This document shows positions 1 through 22,285 of a DNA stretch of 64,000 nt, piece by piece. The notes beneath the pieces were generated by a model. The model was not told where the DNA came from and did no database searches. It was given only the letters and a program-made list of their open reading frames with translations. Source of the DNA: Amoebidium appalachense (Eukaryota > Protista > Ichthyosporea). The position numbers were made by a program, and so were the translations under genes. How positions within the stretch are numbered: position 1 is the first letter of the stretch; every line of letters starts with the position of its first letter. Where the stretch lies: assembly GCA_963693365.1 (NCBI GenBank), contig CAVNZM010000009.1, positions 7,607,408-7,671,407 of the forward strand, given 5' to 3'.

Positions 1-311
1 ATCATGCACGACACACACACACACACACACACACACACTGGCACGCCTGACTCCCCCCGCCCCCCCCCCCCCCCCCCCCCCCCCCCACGCACACACACAC
101 ACCCTCCCTCCCGTGCGCGTGCGCGGGAAGAAAAAAAAAAAAAAGGAAAAAAGAAAAAAAAAAGAGTGGAGAGAGGAAAAAAACAAGTGCACACAACACA
201 CACACACACACACACACACACAGAGAGAGAGAAAGACACACACGTACACATGTGCTCGCGCGCGCGTGCACGTACACACACACACACAGACACACACACA
301 CACACACACAC

Positions 312-584
312 CTGTGTGCCCCTTGGTGTGTAGTCCCAGTCATCATCCCCCTCTTCCTCCTCCTCATCTTCATAGTCATCCTGCTCCCTCTCCTGTCCCC
401 ACTGCACCACAAATTTATAACGTCAGTGATTGATAGAAAAATGAGGCTATTTTTTGAACAAATAAATCATATGCAGAATTGGCAACTGGCCAATCACCAT
501 CGAACATTAGTTAATTTGCAAGTTATCATAAGCAGACGTCAGCGCAGATGCAACCAGCAGAAACCCATTCGGAGCATGGGGCTC

Positions 585-615
<31 letters not shown>

Positions 616-625
616 GCCTCTCAAG

Positions 626-662
<37 letters not shown>

Positions 663-1165
663 CTCCCTTTTTCAGTCTACCAGAAAAAAAAGAAAAAGAT
701 CCGATCCATAGGCTCAGGGAAAGCAAAACTGGATAGGTGTTTATAGTTGTTGCAGGTGTGGGCTTTTGACTACAAAACAAAACAAAAATAAACCAAACCA
801 AACCAAAAAAAAAAAAAAAAAAAAAAAAAAGGGAAAAAAAAATGTTGGCGGTCCATATTGCATGATGGTCGGGTGGGCTTCTCGTTGTCCTTTCTTTTTT
901 TTCTTCTTTTTTCTTTATCCTTTATCCCTCTCCTTTGTAATCCCCCCCCCCCCCCCCCCTTTTTTTTTTCTATTCTTTTCTCTCCATCCCCCCTACTTTC
1001 CTCTTCTCCTAGTGCTCGTGTATCAGGGTGGGTGGGTGTGTGTATGTGTTCAGGGGGGGGGGGGGGGGGGGGGGGGCGCGTTAGATAAAAAGGTGAATAA
1101 AAAACAAGAGCCAGAACACAAACATAAAATTGCCGTGGGGCAAAACGAAGTGGGCATCTCGGCGG

Positions 1166-1207
<42 letters not shown>

Positions 1208-1309
1208 CGGGGAGCAACCTGTTGTTGTGAAGGCAGTCTGTAGTTTGCCATCGACACCCCAACTGCATGTGAGAATAAGTATATGAATAAATGGGCATAT
1301 ACCCCTCCC

Positions 1310-1373
<64 letters not shown>

Positions 1374-1510
1374 GAAAAAAAAGAAATTTATTGGAATGAT
1401 TGTTGTGTGAAGAGTGGAAAAGGTGTCTGTGCGTGTGTTTTTGCGTTTGTTTTGATTCACATTTTTCGGTTGGTGTGTGTGTTTGTGCTTTAAGGGAGTG
1501 GGGGCTATTG

Positions 1511-1545
<35 letters not shown>

Positions 1546-1871
1546 AGGCGCAACTGGAACACCAGACTTTGAAGATTGGGGGGGGGGGGGGGGGGGGGGA
1601 TGGGGGGTGGAGGGGGGGGGAGGGGAAAGAGGAATTTGGGCTTGTGGAAAGAGGGGAAGGAGAAGGGGTGCAGAGAAAAGATGTGTGTATGTGTGGGGGG
1701 GGGGGGGGGGGGGAGGGAGGGAGGGGGAGGGAGAGTGAGAGGGAGAGACAGCACGCGTGCGAGAGAGAGAGGGGAGAGTGAAGGGGGGGGAGGGGGGAGA
1801 CCGAGAAAGAGGGGGGGGGGGGGGGGGGGGGGAGGGAGAGAGGGAGAGAGGGAGAGGGGGAGCGAGGGAGG

Positions 1872-1959
<88 letters not shown>

Positions 1960-2732
1960 GTGTACGTGTACGTGTATGTGTATGTGTATGTGTATGTGTA
2001 TGTGTAAGTGCATGTGTATGTGTGCGTGCGTGCGTGCGTGTGTTTGTGCGTGCATGCACGTGCACATACCCTTGCTCCCTTGGTTCTGCTGCATTTCGTA
2101 TCTGTCCAGCTGCGCATTGTATTCCGCATCGTATTCGGCCTGCAGCAGCCGTGCAAGCTCGGCATCCTCATCTGCGTAAAATCAAATATCTGCCTTTTTT
2201 GGTTTTCGATTTCCGTAATATCATGTGTGGTATAGTGTATGATACCAAAATTCTGTCTTTTTGTTCTTCAATCTCCCTTAAGCCAAAATGCAATGGTATT
2301 AAATGTATGGCACCGATTTGCTGACGTTTGCTTTTTGTATTCAGTTAAACCCATATGTGTAGTATAGTGTATGATACCGAATTCCCGATTTTTGGATTTC
2401 AAACTTTCGCTAATCCACATTCGTGGCATTATTGAAACATGCCGCTTTCCTGTTTTTTTTTGTGTTTGGTGATCCGTCTTACCCGTGCGCGTGGTATTGT
2501 ATATGGTATTCTAGTCTTACTTGTTGGATTTTTCAATCCAACCACATGGGTGGTATTCGTTCATGGTTCTTATATTCTTACTTTTGGGTTTTCACAATCC
2601 GCTAAACCCTATATGGTGTGATTCATAGTACCAATATCGTGACTAACTGCGTATCATTGACCGTTAAACTCGTCAGCAATTTTCATGTTTTAATGTTCCG
2701 GTGAAAATCCATAAGCTGCATCCCCTCCCCCC

Positions 2733-2769
<37 letters not shown>

Positions 2770-3646
2770 CCCAACACACACACACACAAACACACACAAA
2801 AAAACAAAAACAAAAAAACGATTACTTTTCCCCTTTGGCGCACGAACAAAGTTCATAAAGAACACCAAACAGCCAAACATGAGACAACTTAAGGAAGATG
2901 AGGACAAACAATTAGAAAACACTACCCACATCAACAGTTGCACGAATAAAAAAAAAGGCGAAAGAAAAAACGAAGAAGAAAAAAAAAGGGCAAAAAAAAA
3001 AAAAAAAAGAAAGGAAAGAAAGAAAAGAAAGAAAGATAAAGAAACTTACCGTTAACGGGTGGTGGTGGTGCCGGAGCAATGTGTGTTGGCTGTGACGTAT
3101 CTAGTTGGTTGGATTAGCAATTTACCGTTAGCAGTTTTTATATATTTTTGTTTTTGTTTTTTAATTCTATAATGTATTTTACTTCCTCAGGGCATCAGAC
3201 AAGGCCAAGAATGGATATTTAGTACAATTGCCATAAACACAACGAGATAGTCACTTAGATAGATTCACCGGATATCCAACGAAATACCCCAAATACAAAA
3301 ATTCAACCGTAGTATTTGAATGATCTGACACAGGAAACAATTATTCAACTCCCACAAAGCACCCACACCCATAGTCGTCAACTTACACAGCAAAAATGAA
3401 CAAAAAAAGAAACACAAAAAGAAAAACAAAAAGAAACACAAAAAGAAACACAAAAAGAAACAACACTTTTCACTTCTGAGACACGGACTCACAGGCACAC
3501 ACGAACACAAACACCTGTACACACACCATACATATCACACGCAGCGAGTGAACACAGATCAACAAATGTGCGCGCACATACACACCCAAGCACGCACGCA
3601 AGCACTTCGTTTTCTTCTTTTGATGCCTTGTTTTTTTTTTTTTTTT

Positions 3647-3677
<31 letters not shown>

Positions 3678-4721
3678 GGGGGGCATCTCACGTGTATCTG
3701 CAGCCCCGCTCTCCTCCATGTCAAGCTGAGCCTGTAGCTATATTTTGTACGAGCTATTTTTAGTGACCAATCCGCTGCCCCCCTCCCCCCCCCCCCTCCC
3801 CCCCCCCCAAATAATAATAAAAATAATAACAAGTAAATAAATAAACAATAATTAATAACTAAATAATAAGAAAAAAAGGGGAAAAAAAGATAAACAACAA
3901 TAACAATAACAATAACAAAGATAACAGCAAGAAAACAAATAAATAACAACGAAAGAAGCATAGAAGCGACAATGACTTACCCCTAATCAACACATTTCAA
4001 TCCCCCCCCCCCCCCCCCCTCTGTGCCTTGTCCCTTCCTGCTCCCCCCCCCCCCCCCCCCCTCCCCCATCCTCTCCCCCTCCTTATCCCCTCTCCCCCCA
4101 CTCCCCCCCCCCCCCCCCCGGTTCCTGCTCACTTTTCGCTACCTCATAACATCTGCCTACAAACTGCCCCTCTCCCCACCCCTCCCCCTCTCCCCTCCCC
4201 CCCCCCCCCCCCCCCCCCCCCCTCAAAAAGGAAGAAACAAAGAAAGAAAAAATTGCTTTTGGGAACATATTTAGGTAAGAAGCGGGAGGGGGTGGGGGGT
4301 TGGGAAAGAGGTGTTTGTATTGTGTAATTGGAAACATCGGGAGAAGGGAGGGGGTGGGGTGGGGTGGGTGGGTGGTTGGGGGGGGGGAGAGAGAATGTCT
4401 ACCTCCATAGCCAACCGCAAATCCTCTTCAAATTGTCTGAAAATAACCCGCCTTTGTCAGCATCAGCCTCTCCCCCCCCCCCCCCCCCCCCCCCCCCCGG
4501 CGCGTGGGTGTGCCGGTCGACTCCCGCCCCCCTCCGGCTGCCTCAACGCCAACCGTACCCTTATCCCCCCCCCCCTCCCCCCCCCCCCCCTCTCTCTCTC
4601 TCTTTCTCTCCCCTCCCCCCTCCCCCCGCCCCCGTCCTCCCCCTTCCCAGGTCTCCCCTCCCTCCCCCATCCCCACACTCGTTTTCTCTTTGCTGCCCCC
4701 CCTTCCCCCCCCCCCCCCCCC

Positions 4722-4754
<33 letters not shown>

Positions 4755-5081
4755 AGACATGTGCACACATCCCCCATCGTACTCCCTCCTGCTCCTGCAT
4801 GCACTCTTTCCTGTGCGATCCATGTAACTTAAGTTTTGCGCAAGTTGAGTGGATTTAAAAAAAAAAAGGGGGGGGGGGTGGGGGAGGGGCACGAACACAA
4901 AAAGAGAGAAAGAGAGAGCGAGAGTAAGAAAGAGAACGAGAGAGAGAAACAAACCACAAACAATAAACAAAACAGGGGAGGGGGGCGGAGGTGGGGGGGG
5001 TGGGACGGACTTGTCTACGATTGGGCCCCCCTCTTCTTCCTGGAGCCGACGTGCCAAGGCCTCATCTTCATCCATATAGGC

Positions 5082-5129
<48 letters not shown>

Positions 5130-5209
5130 CGCGCATTCACGTGCATGCGTGTGCGTGTGCGTGTGTGAGCCTGCGCGGCGCGCGCGCGCGTGTGTGCATG
5201 CGTGAGAGT

Positions 5210-5240
<31 letters not shown>

Positions 5241-5495
5241 GGGAGGGTGGGGGAGAGGGGGGAAGGGGGGGGGGGGGGGAGGTGTTCACGTGTATGTGTG
5301 TGTGTGTGTGCACGTGTGCATGGAAGGGTGTAGGTGGGTACTTAGCCAAGTTTTTTTTAAGAGATTCACGTCAGAGTGGATACGAACTACGAACCCAAAG
5401 TTTTTATTCTCGTGTGTGCAAGATGTTTGTTTGATGTTTCTGTGTCTACATGATCGTTCCACATCTACCCGTTTTACTGTCCTTCCCCCCTCCCC

Positions 5496-5526
<31 letters not shown>

Positions 5527-5650
5527 AAAAAAAAAAAAAAAAAACCGACACACACACACCACACCCTCCCAAATCGCTTCAGCCATGAGAAAACAATGTT
5601 AAGGTGGAAGTTGCCGTCTAAAAAAAGATAGAGACCCCCCCCCCAAAAAA

Positions 5651-5706
<56 letters not shown>

Positions 5707-7219
5707 GCACGCACACACCACCACCACCAAACACCGAAGAAAAAAAAAAAAAAAAAAATAAAACTCCCCACAACCCTTCACCCGCTCAACACAAAAACAC
5801 ACACAGTCCCCCTCCCCCCACCTCCCTGGGTCGTCCATGCCCCCCCCCCCCTCCTCTGCACCCCCCTCCCCCCCCCCCCCCCCCCCCCGCCCCTCCCCCC
5901 CCCCCCCCCGCCCCTCCCCCCAATCCACCACCACCCGGTCTGCTCATCATCCATTTCCTTTCCCCGTTGTCTCCCCCCCCCCCCCCCCCCCCCCCCACAC
6001 ACACACACAAACACACACCTCCCCCCCTCCCCCTTTCCCCCCTCTCTCTCTCCCGAAAAAAGTGGAGGGGTAACAGAGAAAATGATTGTGATGCAGGAGG
6101 ACCCGGGGGGAGGGGGGAGGGGGGAGAGGAGGGGGGGGGGGGTGCTTTACCCACTGGAGCCGCCCTCATTGAGTTCCTGTTGCAGCTTGAAAGCAAGAAG
6201 GGTGTCCTCTTCACCCTGGCGTAGCCTGAGTACAGTGATATGTTAAACACGCAATGGCAGAGGTCAGATCCACAATTTTTGTATTTTTTCTCTTCTATAT
6301 ATATATATTCAAAAAAAAAAAAAAAACATCAATACATACATACATAATACGTAAATTAGGGGGTGGTTGGTGTGCACTGTTTTACACCGAGGCGGATAAT
6401 TACCAAAGTGAACTGGAAACACACGTGTAGCAAAAATGTCGGTGTGTTCTTGTCTAGAAAAAATGCACCGAGAGATGCGGAGTGTATTTCCTGCAAGCAC
6501 GATAAAGCATGTCTGCAAGTTGCATGTCGAGGTGTTTTAATGTTGGGTATTCACTAAAAGACTTCTGAGCTGGATGCCTGTTGGCATGAACAAAAAAATA
6601 CGTTTGTTGCGTTCTAAAAAAAAAAAAATTGCTTTTTTATACGCAGACTGAAAAGGCAGATCTGTAATCACGTTAGCAGCAATGTGCGGTATATAATGTC
6701 CAAACGTGAAACGTGTATGCACATGCACACACCTCTCTGCGATTGTGGGTATATTTATACGCAAGTGTATGACTAGCCTTTAACATTATCATGCACACAC
6801 ATGCACAAAGAAGGATCGAAGACACTTATCCACATGCAGCCACACTGTTTTAAAAACTTAAAATCTCTCACTCACCTACTTGGGACCCACGTATTAACAC
6901 CAACACACACATCTTAAAACCCACAGGCACACATGCAAACACTTATGTGTGCACAGCTCCCCACGCGCCCTTGCATGCGCATGCGCCTGCTTGTATGGCA
7001 CCCACATACACACACACATACATATACACATATACACGTGTGCACACGCGCATGCACACACCCACACCCACACCCACCCACACACACCCACCCACCAAAC
7101 CCGCACACACACACACACACACACACACCTTTCAGCTTCCTCTTTTTCCCGCTTCTGTCGCATCTCCTCAGCCATAATTTCCGCCAACGAAGGTGGCGCT
7201 GGTTGTTTTGACACTTTTA
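312..7219 (-). CDS. RIOK3: RIOK3-like (RIO3 kinase) gene, N-terminal exons only; continues past the window start; true first exon not resolved
   Basis: Spliced exons (7219-7129, ~6225-6149, ~5081-5010, ~4436-4403, ~3740-3693, ~3099-3049, ~2171-2069, ~1262-1219, 401-312) read [10 protein letters not shown] ... [43 protein letters not shown] ... acidic tract-DW. This matches my recollection of the RIOK3 N-terminus (SLADVMSE ... LAQMLQMEYDREYDAQL ... SKVSISFENYR ... EDEVDW). The kinase domain is outside the window. Confidence 0.75.
2220..2635. repeat. Degenerate ~65-bp minisatellite, about 7 units, intronic
   Basis: The motif TG(G/T)TATAGTGTATGATACC recurs at ~2225 and ~2357, with degenerate copies at ~2291, 2423, 2490, 2550 and 2612. 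Confidence 0.55.
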
Positions 7220-8215
7220 CTGTGCAAGGATCATACGATTGCCAGGTGAGTACGTGGGGAGCGTGGGGGGAAGGTTTGTGTGGGTGTGTGTGTGGGGGGG
7301 GGGGCGGGGGGAGGGGGGGGGGAGATAAAGAAAGTCAGAGGGGCAGAGCTGGAGGGGGGAAAAGGGGGGGGGAGGGGGGGGGGGGAGGGGGGGGGGGGGG
7401 GGAAGGAGGAGAAGGGTGGGAGGGGGGATGAGAAGGCTACATTGTGGACTAGCGTTTCATGTCAGAAAAAAAGGGGGGGGGGGCTTCTTCGGTAGAAGTA
7501 CTAGGTTGCGAACGACATGCGCTTTGCCGAACAAAAAATTGGGGGCTTGCTAAGTAGATCCTCCAAGAGATGTATATGGTAAAAGAGAAAGGGCTGAAAG
7601 ATCCTAGAAATGTTTAAGTGATGAACTTACTGAGGCTCCAGGAGATGCAGTACACGTTGGTACATAAGCGGATGCAAGCGGCTGTGGGGGTAAAGAGCAG
7701 GGGGGACTCGGAAGGCCGCACGGGCACCCGGGGGAGGGGAGAGGGGGTGGTGGCGAGGGATCAAGGGGCTGGGAAAGGGGGGGGTGGCGCGGGGGTGGGG
7801 GGTGGGGGGAGGGGGGGGGGGAGGGGGGGAGGAGGGGGGAAGGGTTACTACCACGCTCGCGAGGCTCGATACACAGTGTGAGATATACGGCGACTGAATT
7901 CGAAAGGAAGTTTGGAAAAGTCAAACGGTGAACTGAACTGAAGTGGAACACTGTTTGACTGACCGTCGTTGTACCTATGCCTCGGACTTCTACAAGTGTT
8001 CGCCGCAATGCGAGAAGCACGGTTCCCTCAAATTAACCAAATTAGGTTAAAAAGAATCATATCTGATAGATTTGAAGGAAATGATGCAATAGGACGTAAT
8101 GTTGTGACGTCATCGAGTGGCTCACGGCTCACACAGCGACCAAATAGCACCAAAATTAACCATATTAGGCACACGCACCAAATCTCCTGGCCCAGTCAAA
8201 GGCCTCCCCTTATCT

Positions 8216-9810
8216 ATCCGGGCCTGGAAGCTGGTACGTCACGATCTGTAGCTGAATTCCGGGCCCCAGCCTGAACCGAAATGATCACTGATTCAAGCCT
8301 GTTCCGAAAATAGCATCAAAAATGAGACGCCTGTCTCGAAAATAGTAACAGGCTGGTTTTGGCGGGCAAATTGGCCAATCGCGTCGTTCGTAGCTGACAG
8401 TTGTTGACGATTTCTGATGTTTTTTGAGCCAAAACTTGTGTTGTTTCAAGCCGACGATGAACAGATGCCAACAACCTTGGCTCCCAACTGTGTTAGGCCA
8501 CGTTTTCAGCTTAAAAATTTGTTACAAAAACATTAATAGCATTAGTGTGTATGGCTTCCCTGAGTCCAACTGCGCAACTACACCTTCGACCCGCGTGGGA
8601 AAGGCACTGAGCCGATATCAAAAGCCCAAGTATGCTGGCTAAGCAACCACGTGCAAAATGCGTGGCGGATTTGATATACCCTAAACTAAGAAGTCTTGCA
8701 TGAAGAAACCCGCCACACGGAGAGAGGGGGGGAGGAGGGGGGAGGGGATAGTGGGAAGCAACGCAAACCCACTTGTGCTCACAACCTCCCCATCCCCTCC
8801 CCACCACCACCACCACCACTCCGCAGCCTGACTCCCCCTAAAAAAGTTGGGTTGGCGCCTGGTTGGCTAAGCTACGTGTTTTCCCCTTCCCCCCTTTGCA
8901 CAGCTAACTGTGTGGTTTCGCGGTGTCCACCGCTCCATCCATCACCAGAGCTTGTGCCCCCCCTCCCCCTCCCCCCCCTCCCCTCCCCCCCCCCCCCCCC
9001 CCAAAAAAAAACCCCCACTCACAGTACTAGTCTCTGCTCCCTCCTGACCTTTTCCCTGCCCACCTACCAACTCCTTTCTAACAATATAGAGTGCCAAAAC
9101 AAGTATATGCACTTCCAACATGGCTTATTATGCTTAGAAAGAGAGAGGGAGGGAGAGGGGGAGGGAGGGATCGAGAGAGAGGGAGAGTGAGAGTAGAGGG
9201 AGGGAGAGAGAGCTCTCGAGGGTGTGCGTGGGTGGGTGGGTGGGTGGCTGGTGGGTGTGTTGGTGTGTAGGTGTGCGGCGGGTGTGGGGGTGTGCATATT
9301 TTTTTTTGACCTTTTGTGTGTGTGTGTGCGTGCGTGTGTGACTATTCATGTCTGGGTGTGTTACGGTGTGGTTGTGTGTCCACTGTGCAGGCCGCGCCAG
9401 AGTCTGAAGTTGTGTGTTAGGTGCTCTTTCTCTCCCTCAGTTCTTTGTTCAGTGCGAGAGTGAGAGCGTGTATATGGGTGTTTGTATGTGTGTGTGCGTG
9501 TGTGTATGTGTGCTAGTGTCCACAGGCTGGGTTGCATCGATTTGAAGCCCCGGCTTCCTATCGAAGTCGTATATGTCGAAATACGCTTGTAAGTTCTCCG
9601 CGGACGCTCGCTGACTCGCCAGAAGAAACCTGGTTTAACCCATCATAGATAATTATATTACACACACAAACACCCATAAATAAATGCATAAATATATATA
9701 ACTGTTTCGTCTGTGGAGCTTATGTGGTTGCGTGTGCCAACTAGGGTTGCAGTATGGTAAGGGTGGTGGTGAGTGGGTGTGGCGCTAGGGGGGGGGGGGG
9801 GGGGGGGGGG

Positions 9811-9849
<39 letters not shown>

Positions 9850-10182
9850 ACTGGCACAAATTACACACACGCACACACACATACAAACACCCATATACAC
9901 GCTCTCACTCAAGGTTGTTGGCATCTGTTCATCGTCGGCTTGAAACAACACAAGTTTTGGCTCAAAAAACATCAGAACTTGTGAACAACTGTCAGCTAAG
10001 AACGACGCGATTGGCTAATTTGCCCGCCAAAACCAGCCTGTTACTATTTTCGGGACAGGCGTCTCGTTTTTGATGCTATTTTCGGAACAGGCTTGAATCA
10101 GTGATCATTTCGGGTCAGGCTGGGGTAGGCCTGGCCCGGAATTCAGCTACAGATCGTGACGTACAAGCTTCCAGGCCCGGAT
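8216..10182. mobile_element. Non-autonomous long-TIR (foldback/MULE-like) element, ~1.97 kb
   Basis: 8216-8479 is the near-perfect reverse complement of 9910-10182 (~265 bp, one 9-bp indel, a few substitutions). No transposase inside and no convincing long TSD (AT on both sides). Confidence 0.8.
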
Positions 10183-11412
10183 TGGTTCCTGGCACCCGAC
10201 TGCCGACTGAGACTCAGCTGAGAGAGGATCGACTGATCGACGTTGAAACTATGGAAAATGTACGTTCTACTAGGCCTAGGCCTAGCTAGTCTGCGTTTAC
10301 ATCTGTGCCTTCACTTTTATGTATATACATCATTTTTGAGTGCTCCTACTGTCTCTTTCAAGGACAAGCTCTTTTATTAGTCCAGTACGAAATAAACTTG
10401 TAAAAAAGCCAACATTCAAACTCGGATGGTGGCCTTGCTGGTGTGGAAACCAAGCGGCGGCGGGAGAGAGGCATTGCTCTCGCCTGTCTACAATGCGGAG
10501 TGAGCGCGAGAAGCGAAAAGGTGGGGCGCGAGTTGGGCTGTCATGTTCACCCCTCGGTCCTCCCCTTCACGTTGTGTTCACGTTGTGAATTCGCTTGCTC
10601 AGCGCTGGTGTGCCCGTGTGTAAAGCAAAGCAGAAGTACATATTCTTTCCCTCACGTGTGTAAAGAGCGTTTGTAGTTGTGTCTTTAGGCACGTTCAAAC
10701 GTGCCTGTTGCTCTATGAGGGTGAGTGGGTGGAGGATGGATGGTGTCACAGGGTGCTTGTCCGTATGTGTGGGTGGGTGCACGTGGTGTTGTGGTGTGTG
10801 TGTGTTTGGGGGTGAGGGGTGGGTGGTGGGTGGGTGGGGGGTGAGGGGGGGGAGGGGGGGCGGAGGGGAGGGAGGGGCTAAAGCCTAGGAGACAGGGTTT
10901 CTTCTTGGTTTGTACGCTGGGTTGAGTTTGCCTGTTGGCAACGAAACGTCTGGACAGTAACACACAAATTCTTAATCTTGTTGCATAATCTGAGCCAGTA
11001 GCCAGTTTGATGCAATGTAACGCTTTCCGTTTTGGTACGCTCTAACGAAGCCTGATGCTTGTGCTGATTGGTCAATGTTTACGAGCATGCGGTTCTGCAT
11101 CTTGCTCCTGTAACTTTCATCTTGCTCCTGGTAGCACTATTGGCAAGGCACATGGCTGTGGTCCTGATTCTGTGGAGGCTGGGGTTGAGGAAATGGACGA
11201 CGAGTGGGAGAGCTTCGTGAAAATTACCATGGGAGGGGGCTATGGTGTGCTTTCTTGCTTCCAATATGCAGACAACACAATCCTGTATGTTTGTGTCCAC
11301 GGCAGAAGGTGGCAATTTATGCCCGCACTGAGCACGTTGTCAATTGAGCACACCAGCAAGAGTGATGCAATCTTTCTTTACTGGAGAGCCGATAGTGCAG
11401 CGTCATTCGAGT

Positions 11413-11484
<72 letters not shown>

Positions 11485-11745
11485 GGTGTGAGCACGTTCA
11501 CTCCAGCAGTAATGGCAAGCGAGCACATAACTTGCCGATGTGTCTTGTGAGCATAGTCAATCTGATAAACAAAACCCAAAAAAACGCTTCCATATTGACA
11601 CACACGGGCATACAAGCCACAGCCATGTATTCATGCTCAATGGACTCTTAGTGCTTGGCTTGTGTGATTGTTTGTGTGTGTAAGTGTATGTATGCCTGGT
11701 TTCCCCACGTGCAATTGTGTGTGTGCGTCTGTGTGTGTGTGTGTA

Positions 11746-11794
<49 letters not shown>

Positions 11795-11837
11795 ACGTGT
11801 GTGCGGGCATGTGTGTGTGCGCCTGCGCGTGCAACCT

Positions 11838-11871
<34 letters not shown>

Positions 11872-12114
11872 CCCCGCCCCCCCCAGACACCCCCACCGCA
11901 GTGAACACCTTTTTGACTCTTGTACTGTGTGCTACCTCCTCTGTTTACTCCTGTGTCGATCAATATGCTAGCTGAGCTCTGTTGCACACATTAGACTCCG
12001 TCTTGAGATACTTTTGTACTAATAGATCGTGCTGGGAAGTGAATATGCCATTTTAACCCCCCCCCCCCCCCCCCCCCCCCCTTGCCCCGCCCTCCCAATA
12101 CACACGGACGCACG

Positions 12115-12221
<107 letters not shown>

Positions 12222-12445
12222 CAGCTACTTGCACTCTCGTCCTTGTATCATATCCGTTGGCATTTGTCGTCTTTCTTTCATATCCTGTTTGTTTCTTGTG
12301 CTTGTTTGGCACACTCTTATTTCACCGACAACCCATGTTTTTTCACAACTACATGATGCGTGCAGACATGTATGAGAAAAATAGTCTCCAGAATCACGTA
12401 CTGTTGTGCGCCCCACACCAACATCAATATGGACCTGAACCCCTT

Positions 12446-12483
<38 letters not shown>

Positions 12484-13374
12484 GAGGAGCTCATAGGAAC
12501 CCCTTGATCATGTGATATGTTCAGATACCTTCTGCCTGCACGTTTATCTTTCGTTTTTGTGTTTTTTTGTTTTGTTATTTTTCAATGTCCTTGCTTCCAT
12601 GGTTTCAACCTAATGCATGCATACATACCCCTCCCCCTCCTCCCTCTCCCGTCCCTCCCATGCCCCTTTTCCTCTCTCCATGATGTGCACATCCTCTGTC
12701 AGCAAATTTGATTTACTCACGGGATGACCCGACCCTGTTTGCCCATCATCCCCCCCCCCCCCCCCCCCCCCCCTCCCCCCTCCCCCCTCCCCCCCCCCCC
12801 CCTCCCACCACCACCTCCACCACCCACACATACACACAACATACAAACCTCTAACCATTACCAACTGTCCCGAAATCTTTGTTTTCCCCTGCCTCCAGAC
12901 CGATTCACACTTGTATGCACACACACAGACACGGACACACTGCATACGGTACGACCCCCCCCCCCCCCCCCCCCTCCCCCCCCCCCCCCCCACCCACCCC
13001 ACACACACACACATTCATACCCATACACACACACACGTTCATGCTCTCACACAGTTACTGCCCCCTCCCCCCCCCCCCCCCTCCAAGTCCCCCCTTCCTT
13101 CCCCCCACCCCTTCCGGCATCCATTCCATCCTATTAACACACCCACCTCCCCGACCACCCCTCCAGACACACACACATCCACTCCTATCATCCCCCCTCC
13201 CCCCCCTTCCCCCTTCCCCCCTCCCCCACAGACACATGCACACACACAATTTCTCCCTCCCTCCCTTCCCCCCCCCCTCCCTCCCTCCCTCCCCCCCCCT
13301 CCCCCCCTTCCCCCCACAGTCACACACACACACACACACCCAGCAGCTAGCCACAGCTCTGCATCACCATCACC

Positions 13375-20685
<7,311 letters not shown>

Positions 20686-21176
20686 ACTGAGCAAGTTCGT
20701 GTTCCTCTTTTTATCTTTTTTTTTCTTTTCTTTTTTTTTTTAACCGGTTTTGTCTTTTGGCCTCTCAGGTTTTCTGTGCGGTTTAGAGAACTTGATGTAC
20801 TCTCATCGCTCGTTGTTTTTTCTGCCTCTCTGTTGAGATTTTTTATATGTTTTTGTGGTGAAATGTAGTGACTAATCGGACACTCCGTATTGATTGATCC
20901 CTACTCATATTGCGATGTTTGCTTTTTGATGAGGTGGTGTGGTTGAAATGTAACATATAGGTATTTAATATTAGTTTTTGTTCATGGCTTAGAAATGTAA
21001 TGTGTTTGTCGAGATGCGTATGTATGTATGTGCACAGTTAACAGTTGTTGATGTTTGACCCGTTGATATGGTTGCTGACAGATTTTGCGGATGATGTTTG
21101 AGACAATTTGAATTGACTTTTTCATTTTGATCCCCGACAGCCCCTGGCGCCCTGCACGAACACACGTGCACGGGCG

Positions 21177-21231
<55 letters not shown>

Positions 21232-21370
21232 CACACATTGTCATACTGCTACTTGGCTTGACAGATGCAAACAGCCGGATCTATGACAGTAACTGTTAAC
21301 GTTATACTTTGTACAACAACGGATGTCTTCAAGTCATCATTAAACCTATAAGGACACCGTGTGTGTGTAC

Positions 21371-21401
<31 letters not shown>

Positions 21402-21419
21402 GGTGGATGGGTGGGTTGG

Positions 21420-21453
<34 letters not shown>

Positions 21454-21670
21454 GTGTGTGTGTATCTGTGTGTGTGTGTGTGTGTGTGTGTGCACGTGTG
21501 TGTGTGGTGTGTGTATGGGTGTGTGTATGTGTGTGTGCGTGCACGTGTGTGTGTGCACGTGTGTGTGTGTGTGCACGTGTGTGTGTGTGGTGTGTGTATG
21601 GGTGTGTGTATGTGTGTGTGCGCGCGCACGTGTGTGTGTGCACGTGTGTGTGTGCACGTGTGTGTGTGGT

Positions 21671-21767
<97 letters not shown>

Positions 21768-22227
21768 TGTGTGTGTACGCCGTGCATGCGGGCAGCTATT
21801 ATGATGTATGCCATGCGATTATCTTTGTTCGGTGCGCGGTACAGTGAGCATCTCACTGTCACGTGAACAAGTTGGCAATGGATTTTCAATGCACCTGCAG
21901 ATAGCGGGATACGTGTTCACATGTCCGTTGGTTTTCTGTCCACGAGTCCATTTAGATAACAAAGCTAGTTCTAAACTTGGGGTTCTATAGGGTCTGTTAT
22001 TGTTACTGCAATGCTTCACACTCGCCCTGGGAAATACACGACGGACGAGCCAGTCGAGGTTGGCTGCAGTGCACAGATCACATGACCCGTGCAGTAAATG
22101 ATTTATGAACGAGATATATAATGACGTTGGGGTTCGGTGTAGCTAAATTTTGTGTGTGTGTGAGTGTACGTGTGTGTGTGTCCATGTGTACGGTGTGGGT
22201 GTGTGTACACGAGTGTACATATAATGG

Positions 22228-22285
<58 letters not shown>

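Noticed and set aside
2220-2635. CRISPR-like array (repeat period ~65 bp)
   Set aside because: The whole unit is degenerate, with no identical repeats or unique spacers, no cas genes, and an intronic eukaryotic context.
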